Source of the DNA: Lysobacterales bacterium
GTDB taxonomy: Bacteria > Pseudomonadota > Gammaproteobacteria > Xanthomonadales > Ahniellaceae
Direction: 5' to 3'
Length of the DNA stretch: 24,000 nt
Assembly (NCBI GenBank): GCA_016703225.1
Contig: JADJCM010000002.1
Location: 504,106-528,105, forward strand
Positions 8,947 through 18,800 of this stretch are shown in pieces. The notes under the pieces were generated by a model, which was not told where the DNA came from, did no database searches, and saw only the letters and a program-made list of their open reading frames with translations. The translations under genes and the position numbers were made by a program. Positions within the stretch are counted from its first letter, which is position 1. The number at the start of each line of letters is the position of its first letter.

Positions 8947-9727
8947 TGCCGCCCGCGCTGCCGGGCCGACCACCGCCACCAAGATGTCGGTGCGTCGCCT
9001 GAACTTCCATTACGGCGATTTCCACGCCATCAAGGACGTCAGCCTCGACATTCCCGAAAAGCGTGTCACCGCGATGATCGGCCCGAGCGGCTGCGGCAAG
9101 AGCACCCTGCTGCGCGTGTTCAACCGCATCTATTCGATCTATCCCGGCCAGAAGGCCAGCGGCGAGGCCCTGCTCGACGGCGAGAACATCCTCGACGCGC
9201 GCTACTCGGTGAATCGCCTGCGCGCCAAGGTCGGCATGGTGTTCCAGAAGCCGGTGCCGTTCCCGATGTCGATCCACGACAACATCGCCTATGGCATCAT
9301 GCACTACGAGCGGCTGAACAAGGCCGAGATGGCGGAGCGTGTCGAGCAGGCCCTGCGTCAGGCAGCGTTGTGGGACGAGGTGAAGGACAAGCTGAAGCAG
9401 AGCGCGAACGGGCTTTCCGGTGGCCAGCAGCAGCGACTGTGCATCGCGCGTGCGATCGCGCTGAAACCGGACGTGCTGCTGCTCGACGAGCCGACCTCGG
9501 CGCTCGATCCGATCGCGACCGGGCGCATCGAGCAGCTGATCGCCGAGTTGCGCAACGACTTCACCATCGTCATCGTCACCCACAACATGCAGCAGGCCGC
9601 GCGCTGCTCGGACTTCACTGCCTTCATGTACCTCGGCGAGCTGATCGAACACGGCGTCACCGAACAGATCTTCACCCAGCCCAAGGTGCAGCGCACCGAG
9701 GACTACATCACCGGCCGCTTCGGCTGA
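8924..9727 (+). CDS. pstB: Phosphate ABC transporter ATP-binding protein PstB
   Basis: Walker A 'GPSGCGKST', ABC signature 'LSGGQQQR', Walker B '[14 protein letters not shown]', H-loop 'IVTHNMQQA'. ATG 8924 ('[14 protein letters not shown]...') is preferred over the track start at 8858. Confidence 0.96.
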   Translation: MTELRTAVAARAAGPTTATKMSVRRLNFHYGDFHAIKDVSLDIPEKRVTAMIGPSGCGKSTLLRVFNRIYSIYPGQKASGEALLDGENILDARYSVNRLRAKVGMVFQKPVPFPMSIHDNIAYGIMHYERLNKAEMAERVEQALRQAALWDEVKDKLKQSANGLSGGQQQRLCIARAIALKPDVLLLDEPTSALDPIATGRIEQLIAELRNDFTIVIVTHNMQQAARCSDFTAFMYLGELIEHGVTEQIFTQPKVQRTEDYITGRFG

Positions 9728-9737
9728 GGACTGCGCC

Positions 9738-10436
9738 ATGCCGAATGACCACATCGTCAAGAGCTACGACAACGAACTCGCGCGCCTGACCGAGGAGATC
9801 GCGCGCATGGGCGACCTGGCGTGCGCGCAACTGCGCGCTGCTGCCAAGGCGCTGGATGCACGCGACGCCGACGCCGCACGTGCGGTGATGGCCGCGGACG
9901 CCACCATCGACGCGCTGGAGCACGAGGTCAGCCACGACGTGATCCGCCTGCTCGCGCTGCGCCAGCCGATGGCGCGCGACCTGCGCGAGGTGATGGCGGC
10001 ATTGCGCATCAGTGCCGACATCGAACGCATCGGCGACTACGCCAAGAACGTCGCCAAGCGCACCTTGGCACTGAAGGACGCGCCGCAGATCGCCGCCACG
10101 CGCGCCCTCGCCTCGCTCGCGCAATTGGCCCAGGAACTGGTTGCCGAGACCATCGTCGCCTACCGCGAACGCAATGCCGAGCGCGCCATGCGGGTGCGCG
10201 CACGCGACGCCGAACTCGACGCCGAATACACCCAGCTGTTCCGCTCGCTGCTCACGTACATGATGGAAGACCCGCGCAACATCAGCGCCTGCACGCACCT
10301 GCTGTTCGCGGCCAAGAACATCGAACGCATCGGCGACCACGCCACCAACATCGCCGAATACGTCTGGTTCATCGAACACGGCGAGCGCGAAATGCCCGAG
10401 CGCGAGAAGCGCGACACCACCATCGAGGCGCGTTGA
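9738..10436 (+). CDS. phoU: Phosphate signalling/transport accessory protein PhoU
   Basis: 'SYDNELARLTEEIARMGDLACAQL...LRISADIERIGDYAKNVAKRTLAL...SACTHLLFAAKNIERIGDHATNIAEYVWFIEHGE', the two PhoU repeats. Confidence 0.97.
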   Translation: MPNDHIVKSYDNELARLTEEIARMGDLACAQLRAAAKALDARDADAARAVMAADATIDALEHEVSHDVIRLLALRQPMARDLREVMAALRISADIERIGDYAKNVAKRTLALKDAPQIAATRALASLAQLAQELVAETIVAYRERNAERAMRVRARDAELDAEYTQLFRSLLTYMMEDPRNISACTHLLFAAKNIERIGDHATNIAEYVWFIEHGEREMPEREKRDTTIEAR

Positions 10437-10478
10437 GCGCGCCCGGGATTCGGAGTTCCATGGAGGTTTCTCCGGCTC

Positions 10479-10526
10479 AGGCGGCGATATCCACGTAGTC
10501 GACCACGCTGACTGCTTGCGGGATTG
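10479..10526 (-). pseudogene. Relic of a hicB-like 3' end (last ~15 codons plus stop)
   Basis: Minus-strand translation 'IPQAVSVVDYVDIAA*' aligns to the intact HicB tail 'IPPPASVVDYVNIAA*' (11577-11624). The DNA is also similar: tcaggcggcgatatYcacgtagtcRacSacgctg. Confidence 0.75.
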
Positions 10527-10551
10527 ATCTCGGCGCTCGTCGCGACGGGTG

Positions 10552-11298
10552 CTAGTCCTCCCGCAGGGAACTGGCGACCCAGCCTGCCAGTGCGGCGTCC
10601 CCGGATTTCGCTCCACCAAAGGAGGACAAGCCGCCAGACCTGTGCGCCACCAAGACGCCGGTCGGCGCTACCAATGCCAGGCCTGGATACGTCTTGACGC
10701 CAACGGTGTCGATGTAAGACTGCGCCTCAGCCACAACTGGCCAAGCGAGGCCGTACTTGTCGACGAACGCCTTGGAGTCAAGTGCGGAGTCGAAAGTGAC
10801 TGCGACGACATCAATTCCCGGATTGGATCGCGCAAAGGCGTTGAGATCCGGGACCTCCTGTACACAGGGGGCGCACTCCGAGAAGAAGAAACTGATCAAC
10901 AGTGGTTTGCCGTCGCCAGGGTAGAGGCTGCGTGAACGACCGGAAAGGTCCGATAGAGCTGCTTTCGGCATGGTCTTGCCGATGCCAATGGAAAGCCCTG
11001 CCTGCTGAGTTACCCGCGCTGCATCGGCAATGGGCCTGATCGCCAGTACGGCCTCGTGGGTATCGGGATTCTTTTCCGTCAGAAATGCACGGCCAGAAAA
11101 TGCGAGCTTGAAGAACTGCTCCGAGGAAATTTCGGCGCCATCGCCGGAAAGGTAGGTGATGGTCGTGTATTCGGAAAGGCCCATGTTTTCCATGAAGGCT
11201 TTCGATGGTGTCGCCGCCGCGTATAGTTGCCACGACCCTGCGATGGAGCCAACGATCAGCAGTAGCGCGGAAACGCGTTTGAAATGGTGCAGTGACAC
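10552..11298 (-). CDS. TlpA/AhpC-TSA-like thioredoxin-fold protein with N-terminal membrane/signal segment
   Basis: 'SLHHFKRVSALLLIVGSIAGSWQL' hydrophobic N-terminus; 'DGKPLLISFFFSECAPCVQEVPDLNAFARSNPGIDVVAVTFDS...YGLAWPVVAEAQSYIDTVGVKTYPGLALVAPTG' contains a CAPC redox motif. RBS GGGAGG precedes the GTG at 11298. Confidence 0.8.
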   Translation of the reverse strand: MSLHHFKRVSALLLIVGSIAGSWQLYAAATPSKAFMENMGLSEYTTITYLSGDGAEISSEQFFKLAFSGRAFLTEKNPDTHEAVLAIRPIADAARVTQQAGLSIGIGKTMPKAALSDLSGRSRSLYPGDGKPLLISFFFSECAPCVQEVPDLNAFARSNPGIDVVAVTFDSALDSKAFVDKYGLAWPVVAEAQSYIDTVGVKTYPGLALVAPTGVLVAHRSGGLSSFGGAKSGDAALAGWVASSLRED

Positions 11299-11452
11299 GG
11301 ATGCCTCCCAAGAAACAAAACGCCGGTTCGGCCGCCGCCGCGGCGCACGAGGGGATCTCAAGAGCGAGCTGACGCCAATTGTCCGACCGAAGCGTCGGGC
11401 TGAAGGGCGGAGTCTGTGATGGCTGGAGTTGGCCGGTCAAGGAGTTCGCGGG

Positions 11453-11483
11453 AAAAGCCCACGGCTTGCGCGGGGCTTTTTTT
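11453..11483 (+). terminator. Rho-independent-type terminator (possibly bidirectional; may serve hicAB on the minus strand)
   Basis: aaaagccc-acggcttgcgcg-gggctttt followed by ttt. Confidence 0.65.
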
Positions 11484-11576
11484 GCCGTGGGTGCCGGTGG
11501 GTGCGCCGCGATGCTCGGGGATGTGTGGCCGCGACCGCCGTGTCTGGATGGCCGCCATTGGACCAAGCGCTTTGAT

Positions 11577-11789
11577 TCAGGCGGCGATATTCACGTAGTC
11601 AACGACGCTGGCCGGTGGCGGGATCGGGAGGCCGTCCTCGCGCATGCCTTCCAGATGGAACGCGATGGCTTCGCTGATCTCCCGCTCCACGTCGGCGATG
11701 GAGTTGCCGGTTGCGACGCACCCCGGCAGGTCCGGAACGTAGGCAGAGAAATTGTCTCCGGCCTTTTCGATCACGATGGCGTAGCGCAT
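11577..11789 (-). CDS. hicB: HicB-family antitoxin
   Basis: 'MRYAIVIEKAGDNFSAYVPDLPGCVATGNSIADVEREISEAIAFHLEGMREDGLPIPPPASVVDYVNIAA' is canonical short HicB. Confidence 0.95.
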   Translation of the reverse strand: MRYAIVIEKAGDNFSAYVPDLPGCVATGNSIADVEREISEAIAFHLEGMREDGLPIPPPASVVDYVNIAA

Positions 11790-11793
11790 GGCA

Positions 11794-11982
11794 TCACCTC
11801 CTGAGGCCCGCTTGCTTATAGATGCTGATCAGGGTTCCGGGCGCGAGATCGTCGCTCGGCTTGCCTGACACCGTAACACGCCCAGGTTTGGTCGCGTGCT
11901 TGAACTGACGGTGACTGCCTCGTGTTGCGACGAGCACCCAGCCATCTTCATGAAGCAAGCGAATGACGTCGGCAACCTTCAT
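11794..11982 (-). CDS. hicA: HicA-family toxin (mRNA interferase)
   Basis: 'MKVADVIRLLHEDGWVLVATRGSHRQFKHATKPGRVTVSGKPSDDLAPGTLISIYKQAGL' has the dsRBD-like fold signature with the conserved GSHRQF His. 4 nt gap to hicB. Confidence 0.95.
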   Translation of the reverse strand: MKVADVIRLLHEDGWVLVATRGSHRQFKHATKPGRVTVSGKPSDDLAPGTLISIYKQAGLRR

Positions 11983-12033
11983 GCGTCGAGACTACATTTG
12001 GATCGGTGGTTTCGGTGCATTCGCCGTTGGCCA

Positions 12034-12861
12034 TCACTCGAATCCGTCGTGGAACAGGTCGTCGATGACCAGGGTGTGCTGGTTGGCGTCGGCGCAGGAG
12101 GTCTGGGCCGGGAGGTTGTAGGCGTTGCCGTGGTACTTCGCTACCCAGCGCCAGGTGCCGACGTAGGTGGGGGCGTAGGCGCCCGAGACGTAGTTGCCGT
12201 TGGCGCTGATCGCCAGGTTGCCGCTGTAGGCGGCCGCGCTGCAGCCGGTGTCGCCGGGGGAGTGCAGGGAGAAGCTGATGCGTCCCGATGGAAATCTCGC
12301 GGCCGACAGCGTCGCCTGGTCGATGGTGTTGTTGCCGAGCTGGATCGGGCTCGCTGCCACGCCGCTGATCGCCGGCTGGTTGGCGAGCACGGCGCCGGTG
12401 ACGGCGGCGCAGGTGCGGGTGAAAAAGCTGCAGGTGCTGACGCATTCGTTGTTCAGCGTGCATGGGCAGCCATCGTCGCTGAGGTCATAGGCATTGCCGA
12501 GGCTGCATACCGGCGGGTCCGGGTCGGGCGTGTAGCCACCGCATTCGTGGCCGGAGGTGCCGCCACAAACCCCCTTGCAGTCGATGTTGGCATTGCACGC
12601 GCAGCCGTCGGCGCTGAGGTCCTGACCGTTGCCGACCGGTGCGCAGTAGCTGGCGTTGGTCACGGCGCCGCAGAAGCCACCGCTGCACACGCCGATGCAA
12701 TTGATGTTGCCGGTGCAGGGGCAGCCATCGGAACTCATGTCGGACGTGTTGCCGGGATAGCACACGACCAGCGACGTGCTGCCCAGGGGCGATGCTGAGG
12801 CCGCGGCGGGCGCGGACCCGCAGACCAGCAATAGGACGGCCAATATCGGCGAAGCGCGCAT
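12034..12861 (-). CDS. Secreted cysteine-rich repeat protein of unknown function
   Basis: Signal peptide 'MRASPILAVLLLVCGSAPAAASA'. Three copies of C-x12/13-C-x-C-x5-C-x3-C-x4-7-C. RBS ggagg before the ATG. C-terminus '...LFHDGFE'. Confidence 0.8.
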   Translation of the reverse strand: MRASPILAVLLLVCGSAPAAASASPLGSTSLVVCYPGNTSDMSSDGCPCTGNINCIGVCSGGFCGAVTNASYCAPVGNGQDLSADGCACNANIDCKGVCGGTSGHECGGYTPDPDPPVCSLGNAYDLSDDGCPCTLNNECVSTCSFFTRTCAAVTGAVLANQPAISGVAASPIQLGNNTIDQATLSAARFPSGRISFSLHSPGDTGCSAAAYSGNLAISANGNYVSGAYAPTYVGTWRWVAKYHGNAYNLPAQTSCADANQHTLVIDDLFHDGFE

Positions 12862-12947
12862 GCAACCTCCGGGGCAGGTTAGGGCGCGATTGTGCGCCCA
12901 CTGTGCCCGGGCTGCCTGTGTCCGGCATCACCCCTGCGAGGGGTGGG

Positions 12948-13301
12948 CTACTGGAACACCTCGGCACCGAGCTCGTCGGCGGCCGCCTGCCAGCGCACGC
13001 GCAGCTCGACGAACAGCTTCTTCAGTGCGACGTCGTCGAGCTGCTTCTCGGCCGCGTGTTCGATCTGCCAGCAGATGTCGGCGATGCGCACGGCGCCGAT
13101 GCCGAGCGCACCCGAGCGCAAGTAATGCGCACTTTGGCGCAGGCCCTTGGCGTCGGCCTTGACGATCGCGTCCTGGATTTTCTGCACCAGGCGTGGCGAC
13201 TCGGACAGGAAGGTGCCGGCGATCTTGCCGAGCATGTCGGCACCCTTGTTGCGGTCCAACATGCGGATCTGTTCCAGCGCTGCGCGGTCAATCTCGCTCA
13301 T
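12948..13301 (-). CDS. Stand-alone Hpt (histidine phosphotransfer) domain protein
   Basis: 'MSEIDRAALEQIRMLDRNKGADMLGKIAGTFLSESPRLVQKIQDAIVKADAKGLRQSAHYLRSGALGIGAVRIADICWQIEHAA' contains the Hpt H-box-like 'SAHYLRSGALGIGA'. ATG 13301 preferred. Confidence 0.85.
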   Translation of the reverse strand: MSEIDRAALEQIRMLDRNKGADMLGKIAGTFLSESPRLVQKIQDAIVKADAKGLRQSAHYLRSGALGIGAVRIADICWQIEHAAEKQLDDVALKKLFVELRVRWQAAADELGAEVFQ

Positions 13302-13425
13302 GGTGTGCTCCGAGTCCGCAGGGTGCATCCATGCCATGCCGCGGTCGTGCCCGCAATGCCGATTCCGGCAGATGGCCCGCAGTTCAATGTGGCGCCACCA
13401 TTGTTGGCGAGCGTGAGGGTGGGCC

Positions 13426-14271
13426 TCAGCCGCGGACTGCGGCCGGGCCTTGCTGCTGCCACTTCAGGCGCGTGTAGGCGATGCGGAATTGCTGGCGCTC
13501 GGCGTTGCGCTGCGAGGCGCTGCCGGGTTCGGTGGCCATCATCGCGAGCGGGCAGTGGTGGCGTGCGGCGTAATCCAGGCGCGCGGCGAGCAGGGCGGTC
13601 TGTGCACCGTGGTTGCGGGCCGATGGAATGGTGCTGGCGCCGGCCAGCAGGGCGATGCCGTCGCCCAGGAACAGCGAGGCGCTGGCGACCGGTCGGCCGT
13701 CGAGTTCGGCGAGAAAGCTGACCATGCGCTCGGCCGGGACGATGGCGCGGCTGAGGTCGCGGATGAAGCGCCCGACCTCGTCCGATTCGCTGCCCCAGCC
13801 GGCGGCAGCGACCTCGGCCCAGACTTCGGTTTCGCTCGGGTCGATCGCCCGCACGCGCAGCGCCGCGTCCATGTGCGGTGCCGCCTGCACGCCGCCGGCG
13901 CTCGGTCGGCAGAGCGCCGAACTCAACTCGACGATGCGGTAGTGACGCTGCTGCAAGGTGGCGATCGTGTGGATTCCTGCCAGCGGCGAAATCTCCAGCA
14001 CGGTCTGGGTCGAGTGGCCGCGGAAGAACGCCTCGATCGCGTCCAGCTCATGCCCGTTCGGATCGTCGTAGAGACCGAAGCCGAAGGCTTGGGTCATCGG
14101 CGAGCCGGCGCCGTCGAACATCGCGCAGCTGCCGCCGAAATCGTGCCAGCAGGACTTCGACTGCGGCTGCAGCCTTGCGCGTGACTGCACGATGGCCGCG
14201 CAGGCCAGTCCCTCGGTGCGTTCGAGCCTGCGGGCGAGATCGCGGTCGGCGTGTGGGTGCGGGTGTTGCAT
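13426..14271 (-). CDS. GNAT-like N-acetyltransferase
   Basis: '...MVSFLAELDGRPVASASLFLGDGIALLAGASTIPSARNHGAQTALLAARLDYAARHHCPLAMMATEPGSASQRNAERQQFRIAYTRLKW'. ATG 14271 preferred over the track start, which lies inside ybeY. Confidence 0.75.
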   Translation of the reverse strand: MQHPHPHADRDLARRLERTEGLACAAIVQSRARLQPQSKSCWHDFGGSCAMFDGAGSPMTQAFGFGLYDDPNGHELDAIEAFFRGHSTQTVLEISPLAGIHTIATLQQRHYRIVELSSALCRPSAGGVQAAPHMDAALRVRAIDPSETEVWAEVAAAGWGSESDEVGRFIRDLSRAIVPAERMVSFLAELDGRPVASASLFLGDGIALLAGASTIPSARNHGAQTALLAARLDYAARHHCPLAMMATEPGSASQRNAERQQFRIAYTRLKWQQQGPAAVRG

Positions 14272-14285
14272 CGCGGTCTTCCGGG

Positions 14286-14753
14286 TCAGGCGGACGCGTA
14301 TGGATCGGCGATGCCGAGCGAGGCCAGCAGCTTCGTCTCCAGCGCTTCCATGGGTTCGGCTTCGGCCTCGTCGATGTGGTCGTGACCGAGCAGGTGCAGG
14401 GTGCCGTGGACGACCATGTGCGCGTAATGGTCGCGCAGGGTCTTGCCCTGTTCCTTCGCTTCGCGCGCGACCACCGGTGCGCAGATCGCGAGGTCGCCGA
14501 GCAGTGGCGAGCGCATGCCCGGCGGCCATTCGCTGGGGAAGGACAGCACATTGGTCGCGTAGTCCTTGCCGCGGAAGTCGCGATTGAGCTGGCGACCGGT
14601 GCGCGCGTCGGTAATCAGCACATGGATCTCGCTGGCGCGCCGGTGCTTCGCGCCGCGCAGTGCCAGTTCGATCCAGGCGCGGAACGAACGCGCCGCCGGC
14701 AGGCCCTTCCAGCCGATGTCGCTGCGGATGTGCAAGGTGAGCTTCGAGTTCAC
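14286..14753 (-). CDS. ybeY: Endoribonuclease YbeY (rRNA maturation factor)
   Basis: '[10 protein letters not shown]...[56 protein letters not shown]' has the conserved HxxxHxxxxxH metal site. Confidence 0.96.
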   Translation of the reverse strand: MNSKLTLHIRSDIGWKGLPAARSFRAWIELALRGAKHRRASEIHVLITDARTGRQLNRDFRGKDYATNVLSFPSEWPPGMRSPLLGDLAICAPVVAREAKEQGKTLRDHYAHMVVHGTLHLLGHDHIDEAEAEPMEALETKLLASLGIADPYASA

Positions 14754-14760
14754 GGCGAAG

Positions 14761-14791
14761 CGCCCTTCGACAAGCTCAGGGCGAACGGGCG
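14761..14791. repeat. Dispersed proteobacterial-type hairpin repeat 'cgcccttcgacaagctcagggcgaacgggcg'
   Basis: In minus orientation, agcgcccgttcg...cgaagggcgct pairs over about 11 bp with one bulge. It sits in the phoH-like/ybeY gap. Confidence 0.6.
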
Positions 14792-14802
14792 CTTTTGGCT
14801 CA

Positions 14803-15789
14803 TCATGTCTTGTCCTGCTTGAGTGCGGCCTCGGCCGCCTCGTAGGCGATCACGATGCGCTGCACCAGCGGGTGGCGCACGACATCGCGCGCTTCGAAGA
14901 TGGTGAAGCTGATGCCCTCGACCTTGCGCAACACGTCCATGGCGTGGCGCAGGCCCGAGGTGACGTGTTTCGGCAGGTCGACCTGGGTGACGTCGCCGGT
15001 GATCACCGCCACCGCGCCGAAGCCGATGCGGGTCAGGAACATCTTCATCTGCTCGACCGTGGTGTTCTGCGCCTCGTCGAGGATCACGAAGGCGTCGTTC
15101 AAGGTACGGCCGCGCATGTAGGCGAGCGGCGCGATCTCGATGACATTGCGCTCGATCAGCTTCGCGACACGATCGAAGCCGAGCATTTCGTAGAGCGCGT
15201 CGTACAGCGGACGCAGGTAGGGATCGACCTTCTGCGACAGGTCGCCGGGCAGGAAGCCGAGCTTCTCGCCGGCTTCGACCGCGGGGCGCACCAGGATCAC
15301 GCGTTGCACGCGGTTGTTCTCGAGCGCGTCGACGGCGCTTGCCACTGCCAGGTAGGTCTTGCCGGTGCCGGCCGGACCGATGCCGAAATTGATGTCGTGG
15401 CGCGCAATCGCGTGCAGGTAGCGCTGCTGATTGGCGCCGCGACCGCGGACATTGCCGCGCTTGACCTTGATGCTGACGTCCTGCGCGTCTGGCGCCTGGC
15501 GTTCGATCAGGCGGTCGGCGCCAACCTCGCTGAGTGCGAGATGCACGCTGTGCTCGCTCAGCGTCTCGTCGGCGCTGGCCTCGTACAACATGCGCAACAC
15601 GCGCTCGCCGCGCCGCGTGGCCTCCACCGGCCCGCTCAGCCGGAAAATCGGGCCGCGATTGGCGATCTCGATGCCGAGCCGCGCCTCGATCTGGCGCAGG
15701 TGCGCATCGATCGGGCCGGCCAGATTGGCGAGGCGCTCGGCGTCGTTGCTGTCGAGCGTGAATTCACGTGCTGTCCGGGTTTTCGTCAT
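14803..15789 (-). CDS. ybeZ: PhoH-like ATPase (YbeZ family)
   Basis: '[18 protein letters not shown]...[36 protein letters not shown]...[45 protein letters not shown]'. Upstream of ybeY in the same orientation. Confidence 0.96.
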   Translation of the reverse strand: MTKTRTAREFTLDSNDAERLANLAGPIDAHLRQIEARLGIEIANRGPIFRLSGPVEATRRGERVLRMLYEASADETLSEHSVHLALSEVGADRLIERQAPDAQDVSIKVKRGNVRGRGANQQRYLHAIARHDINFGIGPAGTGKTYLAVASAVDALENNRVQRVILVRPAVEAGEKLGFLPGDLSQKVDPYLRPLYDALYEMLGFDRVAKLIERNVIEIAPLAYMRGRTLNDAFVILDEAQNTTVEQMKMFLTRIGFGAVAVITGDVTQVDLPKHVTSGLRHAMDVLRKVEGISFTIFEARDVVRHPLVQRIVIAYEAAEAALKQDKT

Positions 15790-15838
15790 GGACCGAGTTT
15801 AGCGCGCGACCGCGCGGGTTCCGTCCTAAGATCGGCAG

Positions 15839-18800
15839 ATGAAACGGGGGCTTCCGGGGTGGTGCTTGGCGTTCGGCCTGATCGGGTCGATGACGTCGCT
15901 CGCGTCGGCAACGCATTGGTCGGACATGCCGCTCGACGAACCCGGTTTCGCCAGCATCGGCGACTCCGAGTCGATTCCGGATGGTGTGGTCTCGGCGTTG
16001 GTCGAAGACCACGCCGGCATGATCTGGATCGGCTCACCGGCCGGGCTGATCCGCTACGACGGCTACCGCTTCCGCTTCCACGTCCATGACGACGCCGACC
16101 CGCGCTCGATCAGCGGCAATTTCGTGCGCAGCCTGCTGGTCGCGCGCGATGCGCGCCTCTGGATCGGCACCGAGGCCGATGGTCTGTCGGTGTATGACCC
16201 GGTGCAGGAGCGCTTCGAGAGTTTCTTACCTGATCCGGATCAGCCCGAGGGCATCGCTGCGGGAGCGGTGACCGCGCTCGCGGAAACGCCCGATGGTGCG
16301 GTCTGGATCGGGCAGCGCGGCGGCGGATTGAGTCGGCTCGATCCGCGCACGCGACAGTTCCGCCACTTCCATGCCGCTGCCGGTTCGGAGCAGGCGCCGA
16401 ACGACGACCGCGTGCAGGCCTTGCTGGTCGATCGCAGCGGTAGTCTTTGGGTCGGAACCTGGGATGGCCTCGCCCGATTGCGTGCGGGCGGCGATCGCTT
16501 CGAGCCGGTGCGTTTCGAAGCCGGTGTTGCCGATGTGCTCGCCGGCAAGACCGTGTGGTGTCTGTTCGAAGCGGGCGATGGCCGCATCTGGGTCGGTACG
16601 CAGCAGGGCGATCTGGCGCGCGTCGACCCGCGCGACGGCCGCGTGTTGGCGTTGGCCCAGTCCGATGCCGAGGGCGATCCTTCGGCTACGGTCTACACCG
16701 CCGTCCAGCCGCTGGCACAGGAAGTGTGGCTGGGTCGCACCAGCGGCATCGAGGTGCGTGCTGCCGACGATGGGCGTTTGCTGCGGCACCTGCGCCACGA
16801 TCCGGCGCGCAGCATGAGCCTGGCCAGCAACGAGGTGCGCGCGCTGCTGCTCGACCGCGCCCGCTTGGTCTGGGTCGGCGGCTACGGCGGCGGCGTGCAG
16901 CGCCATGACCCGAACCGGCGCAGCCTGCGCGTGCGGCGCAACGAGTCCGGACACGGCGGCGTGTTTGCCGACCCGAACGTGCGCAGCGTGCTGGAACTGA
17001 CCGATGGCCGCATTCTCGCCGGTACGCAGGAGAACGGCGTCGCCATTTTCGATGCCGGCTTGCGCCTGGTCGGCGCGTTCCGCGCAGCGCCCGGCCGGTC
17101 CGATGCCTTGCAGGGCGGGCGCGTTGGCGGCTTGGCGCAGACAGCGGACGGGGCGATCTGGATCGGCACCGATTCCGGTCTGTATCGCAGCGCGACGCAG
17201 CAGGATCGCTTCGAGCGCTTTGCCACCGGCAAGGGCCGCACGCGTCGGCTGCTGGCCGGGCGCGACGGCGAGGTCTGGGTCGCGACCGAAGATGGCCTGT
17301 ACCGGAAGTTTGCAGACGCATCCGATGCACAGCGGATCGCCGGTCCCGACGGTGAATTGGTTGGAGGCGACGTCAACGCGCTGGTGCAGGCCGCCGATGG
17401 CCACATCTGGGTGGGCACCGAGAAGGGCATCTACGTGACCACCGCGGCCCGCCCGGACATGCAACGGTTGGCAGTCGCCGCCGATGCCGGGCTGGCGCAT
17501 CCGACCGTGCTTGGCATGATGTTCGACCGCAACGGCAGCCTGTGGGTCGATACGGCCATCGGCCTGCATCGGCTGCGCGATCCGGCCCAGGCTCCGGCGC
17601 GTTTCGAGCGCGTCAGCGAGCGCCTTGGCATTGGCGGCAGACCGTTTGGCGCGAACCTGCAGCAAGACGCGGCCGGGCGCATCTGGACGCACGAGTTCGT
17701 GCACGATCCGGCCAACGGCACCGTCCACGAACTGACCCGCGCCGATGGCGTCGACTTCGGCACCGGCTGGTTCCGCGCCGATGCCAAGACCCGTGATGGG
17801 CGCCTGCTGTTCGGTGGCAGCAAGGGCCTGCTGGTGGTCGATCCGGCCGGCTTCCGTGCATGGGACTACGCGCCGCCAGTGGTCGCCACCGAGCTCAAGG
17901 TCGACGGCCGCGCGCAGCCGCTCGGTGCCTTGGATCAGGGCCTGAACCTGGCACCCGAGCAGCGCGGCTTCAGCGTCGAATTCGCGGCGCTGGACTTGAG
18001 CGCGCCGGAGCGCAATCGCTACGCCTACCGGCTCGACGGTTTCGATTCCGGCTGGACCGATACCGACGCCAACTATCGCGTTGCCACCTACAGCAACCTG
18101 TGGCCGGGCGAGTATCGGATGCGCATACGCGGCAGCAATCGCAGCGGCAGCTTCAGTCCGCAGGAGCTGGTATTTCCGGTGCGCGTGCTGCCGGCGTTCT
18201 GGCAGACCTGGTGGTTCGCGCTGCTGGTCGCGTTCGCGGCGATGGCGTTGGTCGTGTCCGGATTTCGCTCGCGCACCGCGCGCATCCGCCGCAAGGCCGA
18301 GCAGTTGCAGCAACTGGTCGACGGCCGCACTGCAGAACTTCGCGCCGCCAAGGAGCGCGCCGAGAGTGCGCTCGGCGAGCTGCGCGGTGCGCAGCGGCAG
18401 CTGGTCGAGGCCGAAAAGATGGCTTCGCTCGGCGGTCTGGTCGCCGGCATCGCGCACGAGATCAACACCCCGATCGGTATCGCCGTCACCGCCGCCACGC
18501 ATCTGCAGGAATCGAGCCGCGTGCTGGTGGCACGCATCGACGCGCGCGAACTCAAGGCCAGCGAACTGCCGGCGTTCCGTGACAACGTCAACGAGTCGAT
18601 GCGGCTGATCCTTGGCAGCCTGGACCGCGCGCTGCACCTGATCACCAGTTTCAAGAAAGTCGCGGTCGACCAGTCCAGCGAGCAGCGCCGGCGCTTCGAG
18701 CTGCGCGGCTTCCTCGACGACGTGCGCACCGCGCTGGCACCGACCTACAAGCACACCAGCCACCGGCTCGACATCGACTGCGCCGAGGGCATCGTCGCGG

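Noticed and set aside
8561-9760. 399-aa minus-strand ORF opposite pstB
   Set aside because: Antisense to canonical pstA/pstB; composition is typical of a shadow ORF.
10552-11361. ATG start at 11361 for the thioredoxin-fold protein
   Set aside because: GTG 11298 has a GGGAGG ribosome-binding site directly upstream and gives a proper hydrophobic N-terminus. The upstream 21 residues are Arg/Pro-rich and unsupported.
11896-12798. 300-aa plus-strand ORF opposite the Cys-rich protein and hicA
   Set aside because: Ala/Gly/Val-rich shadow. The opposite strand has signal peptides, a ribosome-binding site and ordered cysteine repeats.
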